From NCBI GenBank assembly GCA_937907055.1, contig CALCTW010000008.1:1-31839 (forward strand): a DNA stretch of 31,839 nucleotides. Reading direction: 5' to 3'. Positions 1 to 7,644 of the stretch are shown piece by piece (position 1 is the first letter of the stretch; the number at the start of each line of letters is the position of its first letter). Origin of the DNA: an uncultured Clostridia bacterium. GTDB lineage: Bacteria; Bacillota; Clostridia; Christensenellales; Aristaeellaceae. The position numbers were made by a program, and so were the translations under genes. The notes under the pieces were generated by a model. That model ran no database searches. It saw only the letters and a list, made by a program, of their open reading frames with translations, and was not told the origin of the DNA.

Positions 1-466
1 CGGTCTCGCGGCCCAGTTCGCTCATCATGGAGCAGATGTTGATGATCTTGCCGTGACCCTTTTCGATCATGGAGGGGATGACGGCCTTGGCGCAGATGAA
101 GGGAGCATTGAGGTCCACATCGACGACCTTGCGGAATTCAGCGGCGCTCATCTCGATCATGGGCACGCGGCGGATGATGCCGGCGTTGTTAACCAGGATA
201 TCGATCACGCCCACTTCGGCTTCGATCTGCTTCACGAGCGCGTTGACCTGATCTTCATCAGTGACATCGCACACATAACCCTTGGCGTCAATGCCCTTCT
301 CGGCATAGGCGGCCAGACCCTTGTTGACCAATTCCTGATTGATATCATTGAAAACGATGGTCGCGCCCGCGGCGGCATACGCTTCCGCGATGGCGAAGCC
401 GATGCCGTAGCTGGCACCGGTGATCCAGGCGATCTTGCCGGACAGGGAAAAATCATTCATATTCAT
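1..466 (-). CDS. kduD: Short-chain dehydrogenase/reductase, KduD / gluconate 5-dehydrogenase-like (N-terminal 155 codons; runs off the window edge)
   Basis: Absent from the ORF track because it has no stop in the window. My reverse-strand translation from ATG at 466 gives MNMNDFSLSGKIAWITGASYGIGFAIAEAYAAAGATIVFNDINQELV...LVNNAGIIRR...INICSMMSELGRET, with the TGxxxGIG and NNAG motifs of classical SDRs. GGAGG lies 8 nt upstream (complement of 475-479). It sits directly downstream of kduI. Confidence 0.85.
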   Translation of the reverse strand, partial: MNMNDFSLSGKIAWITGASYGIGFAIAEAYAAAGATIVFNDINQELVNKGLAAYAEKGIDAKGYVCDVTDEDQVNALVKQIEAEVGVIDILVNNAGIIRRVPMIEMSAAEFRKVVDVDLNAPFICAKAVIPSMIEKGHGKIINICSMMSELGRET

Positions 467-483
467 TGCCGTATCCTCCGTTA

Positions 484-1326
484 TTATCTGAGTTCGGTAG
501 TGGGGATGACATCCATATCATCGAAGGCCTGATTTTCGCCGCCCATGGCCCAGATGAAGGTGTAATTGCTGGTGCCGGCACCGGCGTGGATGCTCCAGCT
601 GGGGCTGATGACCGCCTGTTCGTTCTGCATGACGATGTGACGGGTCTCATTGCCTTCGCCCATCATGTGGAAGACCACATTATCCTGCGGCACCTCGAAG
701 TAGAAATAGACCTCCATGCGGCGCTCATGGGTGTGCGCGGGCATGGTGTTCCACACGCTGCCCTCATCAAGACGGGTCATGCCCATGGAGAGCTGGCAGG
801 TCTTGAGCACAGATGGATGGATGAACTGATTGATCACGCGCTTGTTGCTGGTCTCCACCGCGCCGAGAGGCTTCTTGGCCGCGTCCTGAATGCGGATAAG
901 GCGGCTCTCATAGCTGCAGTGCGCGGGGGCGGATACGCAGTAGAACTTGGCGGGGGCAGCCGGATCATCGCTGACGAAGTACACTTCCTTTACGCCGCGG
1001 GTGATATAAAGGCAATCCTTATAGCCCAGTTCATACACAACATCATCGGCATACACCTTTCCGCTGCCGCCGACATTGAACATGCCCATCTCGCGGCGTT
1101 CGAGGAAGTATTCGGTGCCGAAGTTCTTCCAGATATCGATGCCCTTGTCGAGGGCAACCTTTTCATTGACAGGCATGATGCCCAGGGTGACCATACGATC
1201 CACATGGCTGTAAACCGCCGTCACCTCATCCGGGGTGAACAGCTTTTCGATCAGAAATTCTTTACGGGTCTCTTCCGTGGTATAACGCTTAAAATCACGC
1301 TGATTGCAGGAATAACGGATATCCAT
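484..1326 (-). CDS. kduI: 5-dehydro-4-deoxy-D-glucuronate isomerase (KduI, cupin fold)
   Basis: 280-aa ORF that resembles KduI over its full length (MDIRY..NQRDFKRYTTEE...HTHERRMEVYFYF...SPSWSIHAGAGTSNYTFIWAMGGEN). AGGAGG RBS upstream, TAA stop, paired with the kduD-like SDR. Confidence 0.93.
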   Translation of the reverse strand: MDIRYSCNQRDFKRYTTEETRKEFLIEKLFTPDEVTAVYSHVDRMVTLGIMPVNEKVALDKGIDIWKNFGTEYFLERREMGMFNVGGSGKVYADDVVYELGYKDCLYITRGVKEVYFVSDDPAAPAKFYCVSAPAHCSYESRLIRIQDAAKKPLGAVETSNKRVINQFIHPSVLKTCQLSMGMTRLDEGSVWNTMPAHTHERRMEVYFYFEVPQDNVVFHMMGEGNETRHIVMQNEQAVISPSWSIHAGAGTSNYTFIWAMGGENQAFDDMDVIPTTELR

Positions 1327-1461
1327 CGTTAATAACGCCTCCTTATTGTGGGTGATTGCATTATATCACAGGATGTAAGCGCTTTCAATCCCCAATCTTC
1401 CGGGTTCGGGACATTTTCAGGGCGGCAGGGACAGGCTTTACTTGTCGTACCTGAAAAGCTT

Positions 1462-1470
1462 TGCTATAAT
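1462..1470 (+). promoter_or_regulatory. Extended -10 element (TGcTATAAT) upstream of the MscS gene
   Basis: The sequence ttTGCTATAATggg lies about 45 nt upstream of ATG 1515. No strong -35 was seen. Confidence 0.4.
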
Positions 1471-1514
1471 GGGGGCATTCATCCTGTGACTGATCTGAAC
1501 GGAAGGAGAATCCC

Positions 1515-2480
1515 ATGCGTTATTCTCTGCTTCATAAATCCGGTGCCGTCCTCCTGACGGCTTCTGTTTCCGCGCTTTTTTCCTCACTTTTTTCAGTTGC
1601 CGCGGCAGAACCCGTGCTTCAGGAGATCAACGCCGTGACGGAAACCAGTGTCGGCTTCCTCAGCGATCTGGTGAAAAACATGCCGCGCTATCTGCTGAGC
1701 CTCCTCTTCGCGGTGATCGTCATTCTGGTGGGCATCCTTCTCATCCGGCTGGGACGCTCGCTGATCCGCAAGCTTTGCGCGGCCCATGAAAAGCGCCATC
1801 CGGCCCCCGAGGATCCGAACCCCAATGACTGCGACTGCGTGACCCGTCCCTCCCAGATGCGCACGGTGCAATCGCTGATCCTGAGCATTTTTAACTATGT
1901 GATGTATTTTATCATCATCATCATCGTGTTCAGCGCGCTGGGGGTGGATATCACCGGCCTGCTCACGGTGGCCGGTGTCGGCGGTATCGCGGTCGGCTTC
2001 GGCTGTCAGACGCTGGTGAAGGATTTCATCTCCGGCCTGTTCCTGCTGCTGGACGGTTCTGTGAAGGTGGGCGATATCGTGACCGTCAACGGCGCGACAG
2101 GGACGGTGGAGGAGGTGGCCATCCGCACCACGAAGCTGCGCTGCACAAACGGCAACATTCAGGTGGTGCCGAACGGCGATATCCGCACCGTGACCAATTT
2201 TACCCGCGATTACCGCTGCGCCATCGTGGATGTCACCGTGGCGCATGGTCAGGATTATACCCACACGCTGGAGATCCTGAGGGAAGAGATGGCCAATTTT
2301 GATATCGGCAGCGATCTGGTGGACGAGCCGCCTGTGGTGACCGGTGTGATCGCCTCCGACGGCCGCGCGGCGACCATTCGCATTGAGTGCCGCTGCCGCG
2401 TGAAGGACTGCTGGACCATTGAGCGTGAGATCCGTCTGCGCTGTCTGGAACGCTTCCGCGCGGAGGGCATTCGTCCCTGA
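1515..2480 (+). CDS. Small-conductance mechanosensitive channel (MscS family)
   Basis: 321-aa ORF with N-terminal TM helices followed by the MscS signature region ...GVGGIAVGFGCQTLVKDFISGLFLLLDGSVKVGDIVTVNGATGTVEEVAIRTTKLR..NGNIQVVPNGDI... AAGGAG RBS at 1503-1508, TGA stop. Confidence 0.9.
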   Translation: MRYSLLHKSGAVLLTASVSALFSSLFSVAAAEPVLQEINAVTETSVGFLSDLVKNMPRYLLSLLFAVIVILVGILLIRLGRSLIRKLCAAHEKRHPAPEDPNPNDCDCVTRPSQMRTVQSLILSIFNYVMYFIIIIIVFSALGVDITGLLTVAGVGGIAVGFGCQTLVKDFISGLFLLLDGSVKVGDIVTVNGATGTVEEVAIRTTKLRCTNGNIQVVPNGDIRTVTNFTRDYRCAIVDVTVAHGQDYTHTLEILREEMANFDIGSDLVDEPPVVTGVIASDGRAATIRIECRCRVKDCWTIEREIRLRCLERFRAEGIRP

Positions 2481-2510
2481 CACCGGGATTGTAAATTCTG
2501 CCGCGGTTTC

Positions 2511-2539
2511 TTGAGACCGGCCTTTTGCTGTGATAAAAT
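2511..2539 (+). promoter_or_regulatory. Sigma-70-like promoter TTGAGA-17-TAAAAT (with TGa extended -10)
   Basis: ttgaga at 2511-2516, a 17-nt spacer ending in tga, and taaaat at 2534-2539. It lies about 95 nt upstream of the 2635 start. Confidence 0.4.
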
Positions 2540-2634
2540 AGCATTGAAAGCGCCCTGTACCGTGTTCAGGCTTCAGCCTGCCGGAGATTTTCAGAGGACG
2601 CGCTTTGGATCCCGCTCCCGAAAGGAGAATGCTG

Positions 2635-3096
2635 ATGGTAAAACGTATTTTAGCCCTGTTTCTGATCCTGAGTCTTTTGTGCTGCGCCGCGATCGCGGAG
2701 GATGTGACCTACGACACCGGAAAAGGGGTGATCACCCTGCCGGCCGGCTGGACCGCTGCCGAGGATAACCGCGTGATCTCCCTGCACGGCGCGGAGGGCG
2801 CGATGGTGCTGGTGATCAACAGCTTCGGCGCGTATACCGCGCGGCAGGTGCTGGAAAACCTGCTTCCCGGGGTGCGCGCACAGCTGGCGCTGGCCTTCAC
2901 GGACATCGCTTTCTCCGAAGAGGGAACGATCATCCTGTGCGGCGAACGCGAAGCCGTACGCTATACCTTCACGGCGGAGGGCCGGGAGTATCATCAATAC
3001 ATCATCCCGGTCGGCGAGGATCTGTGGTATCTGACCGCCAATGTGACACCGGATACGCTGACCGATCGGCTGATCGCGTCCATCGCGGAAAAGTAA
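2635..3096 (+). CDS. Hypothetical small secreted protein or lipoprotein (signal peptide, no recognisable domain)
   Basis: The ORF track lists 2605..3096. I prefer ATG 2635 (MVKRILALFLILSLLCCAAIAEDV...) because AAAGGAG at 2621-2627 sits 7 nt upstream. Hydrophobic signal sequence, TAA stop, followed by a terminator. Confidence 0.7.
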   Translation: MVKRILALFLILSLLCCAAIAEDVTYDTGKGVITLPAGWTAAEDNRVISLHGAEGAMVLVINSFGAYTARQVLENLLPGVRAQLALAFTDIAFSEEGTIILCGEREAVRYTFTAEGREYHQYIIPVGEDLWYLTANVTPDTLTDRLIASIAEK

Positions 3097-3114
3097 AAAG
3101 CATGCATCAAACGG

Positions 3115-3150
3115 GGGCTGTGAAGAGCAACATCTTCACAGCCCTTTTTT
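3115..3150 (+). terminator. Rho-independent terminator
   Basis: gggctgtgaaga (3115-3126), a 6-nt loop, tcttcacagccc (3133-3144), then TTTTTT (3145-3150). Confidence 0.85.
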
Positions 3151-3177
3151 GACACGGGTTGAAGAAGGTTACAGCAG

Positions 3178-3289
3178 ATCACTAAAAATCATAAAAAGTC
3201 ATAAAAAGTCATAAAAAGTCACTAAAAGTCACAAAAGGTTCGCGCAGGTTATAAAAAGGTTCATAAATGTTCATAAAGGTTCATTGAAT
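3178..3289. repeat. Tandem array of about 11 units with 10-11 bp period (GTCAYAAAAA x6, GC-rich spacer unit, GTTCATAAAK x4); phased A-tracts
   Basis: Read directly: atcactaaaa atcataaaaa gtcataaaaa gtcataaaaa gtcactaaaa gtcacaaaag gttcgcgcag gttataaaaag gttcataaat gttcataaag gttcattgaat. Confidence 0.9.
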
Positions 3290-3312
3290 GTCACCGCGAA
3301 AGGGTGTATTAT
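3284..3312 (+). promoter_or_regulatory. Promoter-like TTGAAT-17-TATTAT at the end of the repeat array, pointing into the mfd 3' end
   Basis: ttgaat at 3284-3289, a 17-nt spacer, tattat at 3307-3312. No ORF is served and the bidirectional hairpin follows within about 10 nt. It may be fortuitous in AT-rich DNA. Confidence 0.3.
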
Positions 3313-3318
3313 GATACT

Positions 3319-3346
3319 GAAAAAGCAGCCGCGAGGGCTGCTTTTC
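3319..3346 (-). terminator. Rho-independent terminator of mfd (bidirectional hairpin)
   Basis: agcagcc (3324-3330), loop gcgag, ggctgct (3336-3342). There is an A-run on the + strand upstream (a T-run for the minus transcript) and ttttcctgtttt downstream on the + strand. Confidence 0.75.
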
Positions 3347-3400
3347 CTGTTTTCCCGATATGATCCTGACAGGAGCCGGGAAGCGGCCGCGCTTCACCGG

Positions 3401-5734
3401 TCATGCCTTTTCCGGCTCGGGAGAGTTGAGAAGAAGGTTCAGTTTTTCAAGCGCGGGCACCGCCTGCTTCAGCAGCTGCTCGGCATCCAGACGGCCGTCA
3501 CGCAGCAAAAGCCCAGTTTCACGGCCCATGGACAGCATGAGGCGCTTATCCGCCTTCGCGGCGGCATCATACAGGGCCGTCGGTTCCAGCTTCGTGTCCT
3601 TATCGAAGCGCATGACCAGTGAGCCGTTCATGTGCGTGATGCGGTTGATGCCCAGCCTGCGGGCTTCGGCACGCGCGTGCGCGATCTCGATCAGATTGAC
3701 GACACACTGCGGCGGCTCGGCAAAGCGGTCGATGATCTCCTCCAGCACATCCTCGCGGTCCTCCCGGTTATCGATGGCCGCGATGCGCTTGTAGATCTCC
3801 ATGCGCTGGGCCGCGCCGGATACATAATTGGACGGCAGATAGGCATCGATCTTGAGCTCGATCTTGGTCTCAACACGCTTGGCGACCTGTTCGCCGTTCC
3901 CGGCGCGGGCCTCGCGCACAGCCTCCTCAATGAGCTTGCAGTACATATCATAACCCACCTGAGAGACATTGCCGCTCTGCTCGGGACCGAAGATATTGCC
4001 CGCGCCGCGGATCTCCAGATCGCGCATGGCGATGCGGAAGCCGCTGCCGAAGGCGGTGAACTCACGGATGGCATCCAGACGCTTCTGCGCGGTCTCGCTG
4101 AGCATCTTATCCGCGCGGACGGTGAAATAGGCGTACGCCGCGCGTGTGGAACGGCCGACACGGCCGCGGAGCTGATAAAGCTGACTGAGACCGAAATGAT
4201 CCGCGTCATAGATGATCATGGTATTGGCGTTGGGCACATCCAGACCGTTCTCGATGATGGTGGTGCACAGCAGTACATCGAACTTGCCTTCATAGAAGTC
4301 CAGCATCACGTCTTCCAGCTGCTGTTCCTTCATCTGACCGTGGCCGATCGCGATCCTGGCCTCCGGCACAAGCGCCTTCAGACGGCTGCGGAAGGCCTCG
4401 ATGGAAGAGACGCGGTTGTACAGGAAATACACCTGTCCGCCGCGGCCAAGCTCGCGCACGATGGCGTCGCGGATCACGGTCTCGTTATAATCCAGCACAA
4501 AGGTCTGCACGGGGAAACGCTCTTCCGGCGGCGTTTCCAGCAGACTCATGTCACGCACGCCCACCATGCTCATATGCAATGTGCGCGGAATGGGCGTGGC
4601 GGACAGGGTGAGCACATCCACCATGTTTTTGATGTTCTTGATGCTCTCCTTGTGACCGACACCGAAGCGCTGCTCCTCATCCACGATGAGCAGCCCCAGA
4701 TTTTTGAACTGCACATCCTTGCCCAGCAGCCGGTGCGTGCCCACCACGATATCCGTCTTGCCGGACTTGACATTTTCAAGCGTCTGCTTCTGCGCGCTGC
4801 TGTTGCGGAAACGCGACAGTACATCCACCTGGACAGGGAAGGTCTTGACACGCTTTAAAAGATTATAGTAATGCTGCTGCGCCAGAATGGTGGTCGGCGC
4901 GAGGATGGCCACCTGCTTGCCGTCCATGACGGCCTTGAAGGCGGCGCGGAAAGCGACTTCGGTCTTGCCGTAGCCCACATCGCCGCACAAAAGACGATCC
5001 ATATTGAGCGGGCTTTCCATGTCCTGCTTGATATCCCGTACGGCACGGGCCTGATCGGGCGTGAGCTCGTAGGGGAACAGATCCTCAAACTGACCCTGCC
5101 ACGGGCTGTCCGGCCCGAAGGCATAGCCGGGGTTGTTCTGACGGGAGGCGTAGAGCTGCACAAGATCAAACGCCAGCTTCTTCAGGCCGGACTTGACCTT
5201 GCTCTTGGTCTTTTCCCAGTCACCGCCGGAAAGAGAATTGATCTTCGGCGGGGTATCGGTATTGCCGATAAACTTCTGCACCCGGTCGAACTGATCGGTG
5301 GGGACATAAAGCTTATCATTGCCCTGATACTGAATGAACAGATAATCGCGGTAGGTGCCCTCTGTCTGCAGCCTGACCGTGCCGCGGAAGACGCCGACAC
5401 CGTGGCTTTCATGCACCACGTAGTCGCCTTCTTTAAGATCGGTAAACGCGTCGATCCGCTCGCCGGCGTTCCGGCGCTGACGGCGCCGCTGATGACCGGT
5501 GCCGAAGATATCCCCGTCGCCGATCAATACGAAATCCTTGCTTTCAAAGCCCTGATGCTGGGTGATGGGATAGATGGCGATATCATATTCCCTGTTTTCG
5601 GCCATCTGCTCCTCCGTAATGAAGGGCACATCCACCGAAAGCTGCTGCAGCGCGGTACGAAGGCGTTCGCCGCGGTTATCACCGCCGGAAAGCAACGCGA
5701 TCTTCTTGTTTTCTTTGCGCCAGTCCGCGATATC
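3401..5734 (-). CDS. mfd: Transcription-repair coupling factor Mfd, part downstream of the in-frame TAG (RID, DEAD/helicase translocase, TRG, D7)
   Basis: The track ORF 3401..5695 contains ...[14 protein letters not shown]...[19 protein letters not shown]...[11 protein letters not shown]...SATPIPRTL...[11 protein letters not shown]... The 13 codons 5696-5734 ([13 protein letters not shown]) are in the same frame directly after the TAG. TGA stop. Confidence 0.93.
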   Translation of the reverse strand, partial: DIADWRKENKKIALLSGGDNRGERLRTALQQLSVDVPFITEEQMAENREYDIAIYPITQHQGFESKDFVLIGDGDIFGTGHQRRRQRRNAGERIDAFTDLKEGDYVVHESHGVGVFRGTVRLQTEGTYRDYLFIQYQGNDKLYVPTDQFDRVQKFIGNTDTPPKINSLSGGDWEKTKSKVKSGLKKLAFDLVQLYASRQNNPGYAFGPDSPWQGQFEDLFPYELTPDQARAVRDIKQDMESPLNMDRLLCGDVGYGKTEVAFRAAFKAVMDGKQVAILAPTTILAQQHYYNLLKRVKTFPVQVDVLSRFRNSSAQKQTLENVKSGKTDIVVGTHRLLGKDVQFKNLGLLIVDEEQRFGVGHKESIKNIKNMVDVLTLSATPIPRTLHMSMVGVRDMSLLETPPEERFPVQTFVLDYNETVIRDAIVRELGRGGQVYFLYNRVSSIEAFRSRLKALVPEARIAIGHGQMKEQQLEDVMLDFYEGKFDVLLCTTIIENGLDVPNANTMIIYDADHFGLSQLYQLRGRVGRSTRAAYAYFTVRADKMLSETAQKRLDAIREFTAFGSGFRIAMRDLEIRGAGNIFGPEQSGNVSQVGYDMYCKLIEEAVREARAGNGEQVAKRVETKIELKIDAYLPSNYVSGAAQRMEIYKRIAAIDNREDREDVLEEIIDRFAEPPQCVVNLIEIAHARAEARRLGINRITHMNGSLVMRFDKDTKLEPTALYDAAAKADKRLMLSMGRETGLLLRDGRLDAEQLLKQAVPALEKLNLLLNSPEPEKA

Positions 5735-7006
5735 CTAAGCCAGTTCCTTGATCCGGCTGTCATAACGCGGCGCGGGCGTGCTCTCCAGCTTCAGAGGCGC
5801 GGACGCCTGATCGATCAGGCCGGAGGTGCCGTGCAGAAATTCCTGCAGGGTGATCAGGGTAAACTGTCTGAGACGCGGCAGCATCTCATCCACCGACCAC
5901 TGCGCGCCCAGCATTTCAGGCACAGCCTGACCATGCTCCATGGCAGCCTTTAATTCCTCGGCAAAGCCGGCTTCACGATCCCGGCAGCGGCCGATGGCAT
6001 TCTCAGGGTAATCAAAAACGAGCACGCAATCCTGCAGCCAGTCCGCCAGCAGCTCCGGCCGCGGATAGACCGTACCGGCCCACAGCGGCAGCTGAGAGAA
6101 CGGGAAGCCTTTCTCTGCCTCCTCCGCGTCATCCGCCATGCCGGAAAGACCGGTACGCAGCGCGCGCGGAACATTGCCGCGCTCAAAGATCACGGCAGGG
6201 TCACTTTCGGCTTCATCGCCGTCATCAAAATCAAAACGGCCGCCCTCCAGCACATCGCGGGGCAGGCGGGCGCTCTGCGCCCGGATGGCCTCCCGCATGG
6301 CAGAAGCCACACGCGCGCCCTCCCCTTCCGGGATCAGGAATTCATACGCCGGACAGATCGTGACTTCATCCAGCCGTTCATCACTGCGCTGGGAGATGCA
6401 ATCGAACCGGCGGATGGAATCGACCTCCGTATCGAAAAACTCGATACGGATGGCGGTCAGCTGATCCGGCGGGAACACATCCACGATCTCACCGCGAAGC
6501 GCGCACTGTCCGCGGCCCTCCACCATATCGGCGCGGGTATAACCGCAGCGCAGCAGCCGGTCGATCAGCACGCCCGGCTCAGTCTCATCCCCCACCCCGA
6601 TGGTGACACAGGCTTCCTTGAAACGGGCAAGGGGCATCATGGGCTGCAGCAGCGTTTCCGCCGAGATTGAGAGGAATGTGATCTCCCCCCGTACGGCGCG
6701 GGAAAGGATGGACAGACGCTGGATCTCTTTTTCGCGGCCGCCGGTCATGTGGGCGAATGTGTTTTCTCTGGCCGGCAGCATGGCCGCGCGGTCCTCCAGC
6801 CACACACCGGCGTCATCCGCCACATGCATGGCCTGCTTTTCACCGGAGGAGACATAGATCACCGGTCTGCCGGTCTCCCTGAGCGCGCGGCACGCGAAAG
6901 GAACGCGCTGTCCCTCGGACATCTCAAACAGCGCGCAGCTCTCATGATCTCTGATCTTGTCAAACGCCGCCTGCCAGGCAGGCAGCATCGCGGAAAGTAT
7001 ATTCAT
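5735..7006 (-). CDS. mfd: Transcription-repair coupling factor Mfd, N-terminal part (UvrB-homology D1-D3), ending at the in-frame TAG 5735-5737
   Basis: 423-aa ORF with the Mfd N-terminal module (...GYTRADMVEGRGQCALRGEIVDVFPP...IRIEFFDTEVDSIRRFD...). It is in the same reading frame as 3401..5734. Both parts together give 1201 codons, a normal Mfd length, and the gene lies immediately downstream of pth as in Firmicutes. Confidence 0.92.
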   Translation of the reverse strand: MNILSAMLPAWQAAFDKIRDHESCALFEMSEGQRVPFACRALRETGRPVIYVSSGEKQAMHVADDAGVWLEDRAAMLPARENTFAHMTGGREKEIQRLSILSRAVRGEITFLSISAETLLQPMMPLARFKEACVTIGVGDETEPGVLIDRLLRCGYTRADMVEGRGQCALRGEIVDVFPPDQLTAIRIEFFDTEVDSIRRFDCISQRSDERLDEVTICPAYEFLIPEGEGARVASAMREAIRAQSARLPRDVLEGGRFDFDDGDEAESDPAVIFERGNVPRALRTGLSGMADDAEEAEKGFPFSQLPLWAGTVYPRPELLADWLQDCVLVFDYPENAIGRCRDREAGFAEELKAAMEHGQAVPEMLGAQWSVDEMLPRLRQFTLITLQEFLHGTSGLIDQASAPLKLESTPAPRYDSRIKELA

Positions 7007-7026
7007 AGATCTCGTTATCCGTTCAG

Positions 7027-7629
7027 TTACAGCGTATCGGGAACGGGCGGCTTCTGCTTGCCGGGCTTTTTATTGAAGCGATTCATCGTGGTATCGATGC
7101 CGTTCTTCACCCAGCACAGCACGGCATCCGCCGCCAGATTATACATATCAAAAGCGATCTTGCGGTCCTCGGGCGTATCAAAGTGCCCCAGCACCCAGTC
7201 CTTCAGATCCCAGCCTTCCTTCGCCGCGCCCATGCCCAGACGGATACGCGGAAAATCGCCGCTGCCGGTGCACTGGATGATATGGCGCAACCCGTTATGC
7301 GTGCCGGGGCCGCCCTTGGCGCGCAGACGCATCTGACCGAACGGCTGATCGATATCATCCGAAAGCACGATGATATCGCTGATATCGACCTTGTACCAGT
7401 TCATGGCGTCAACGAACGTGAAGCCGGAAAGATTCATATAGGTCTGCGGCTTGATGAGCACGATCTTTTCGCCCTCATAGACGCCTTCGCCCACTGTGGC
7501 GCGGCACTTGAGTTTTTTGACCGGAATAAAAAGCCGGTCGGAGAGGATATCGATCACATCCCAGCCCGCGTTGTGACGGGTGTGCTGATATTCATTGCCC
7601 GGATTGCCCAGGCCGATAATAAGCTTCAT
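7027..7629 (-). CDS. pth: Peptidyl-tRNA hydrolase
   Basis: 200-aa ORF beginning MKLIIGLGNPGNEYQHTRHNAGW... and continuing ...MNLSG...VLSDDIDQPFGQMRLRAKGG.GTHNGL. The pth-mfd arrangement is conserved. TAA stop. Confidence 0.95.
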   Translation of the reverse strand: MKLIIGLGNPGNEYQHTRHNAGWDVIDILSDRLFIPVKKLKCRATVGEGVYEGEKIVLIKPQTYMNLSGFTFVDAMNWYKVDISDIIVLSDDIDQPFGQMRLRAKGGPGTHNGLRHIIQCTGSGDFPRIRLGMGAAKEGWDLKDWVLGHFDTPEDRKIAFDMYNLAADAVLCWVKNGIDTTMNRFNKKPGKQKPPVPDTL

Positions 7630-7644
7630 ACTGTTTCCCCCGGA

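Noticed and set aside
53-532. A 159-aa + ORF at the left edge.
   Set aside because: It is antisense to the clearly recognisable SDR (kduD-like) coding sequence on the minus strand.
3178-3289. Considered whether the tandem repeat array is a CRISPR array.
   Set aside because: The units are 10-11 bp and contiguous, with no 25-40 bp repeats, no unique spacers and no cas genes.
3632-4858. Long + strand ORF (408 aa) antisense to mfd. Similar long antisense ORFs occur at 4871..5953, 7183..8790, 1593..2483, 15479..16498, 22007..23428, 25372..26607 and 30690..31436.
   Set aside because: These are shadow ORFs typical of high-GC coding DNA. They have low-complexity Ala/Arg/Gly/His-rich translations, no RBS and no recognisable domains. 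Each lies fully inside a well-supported gene on the other strand.
5695-5737. Considered whether the mfd interruption is a frameshift, or a natural gene fission into two proteins.
   Set aside because: Both parts are in the same frame, separated by one TAG and 13 sense codons. No convincing RBS precedes the TTG at 5695, so a split-gene reading is not supported. Nonsense mutation or read-through remain open.
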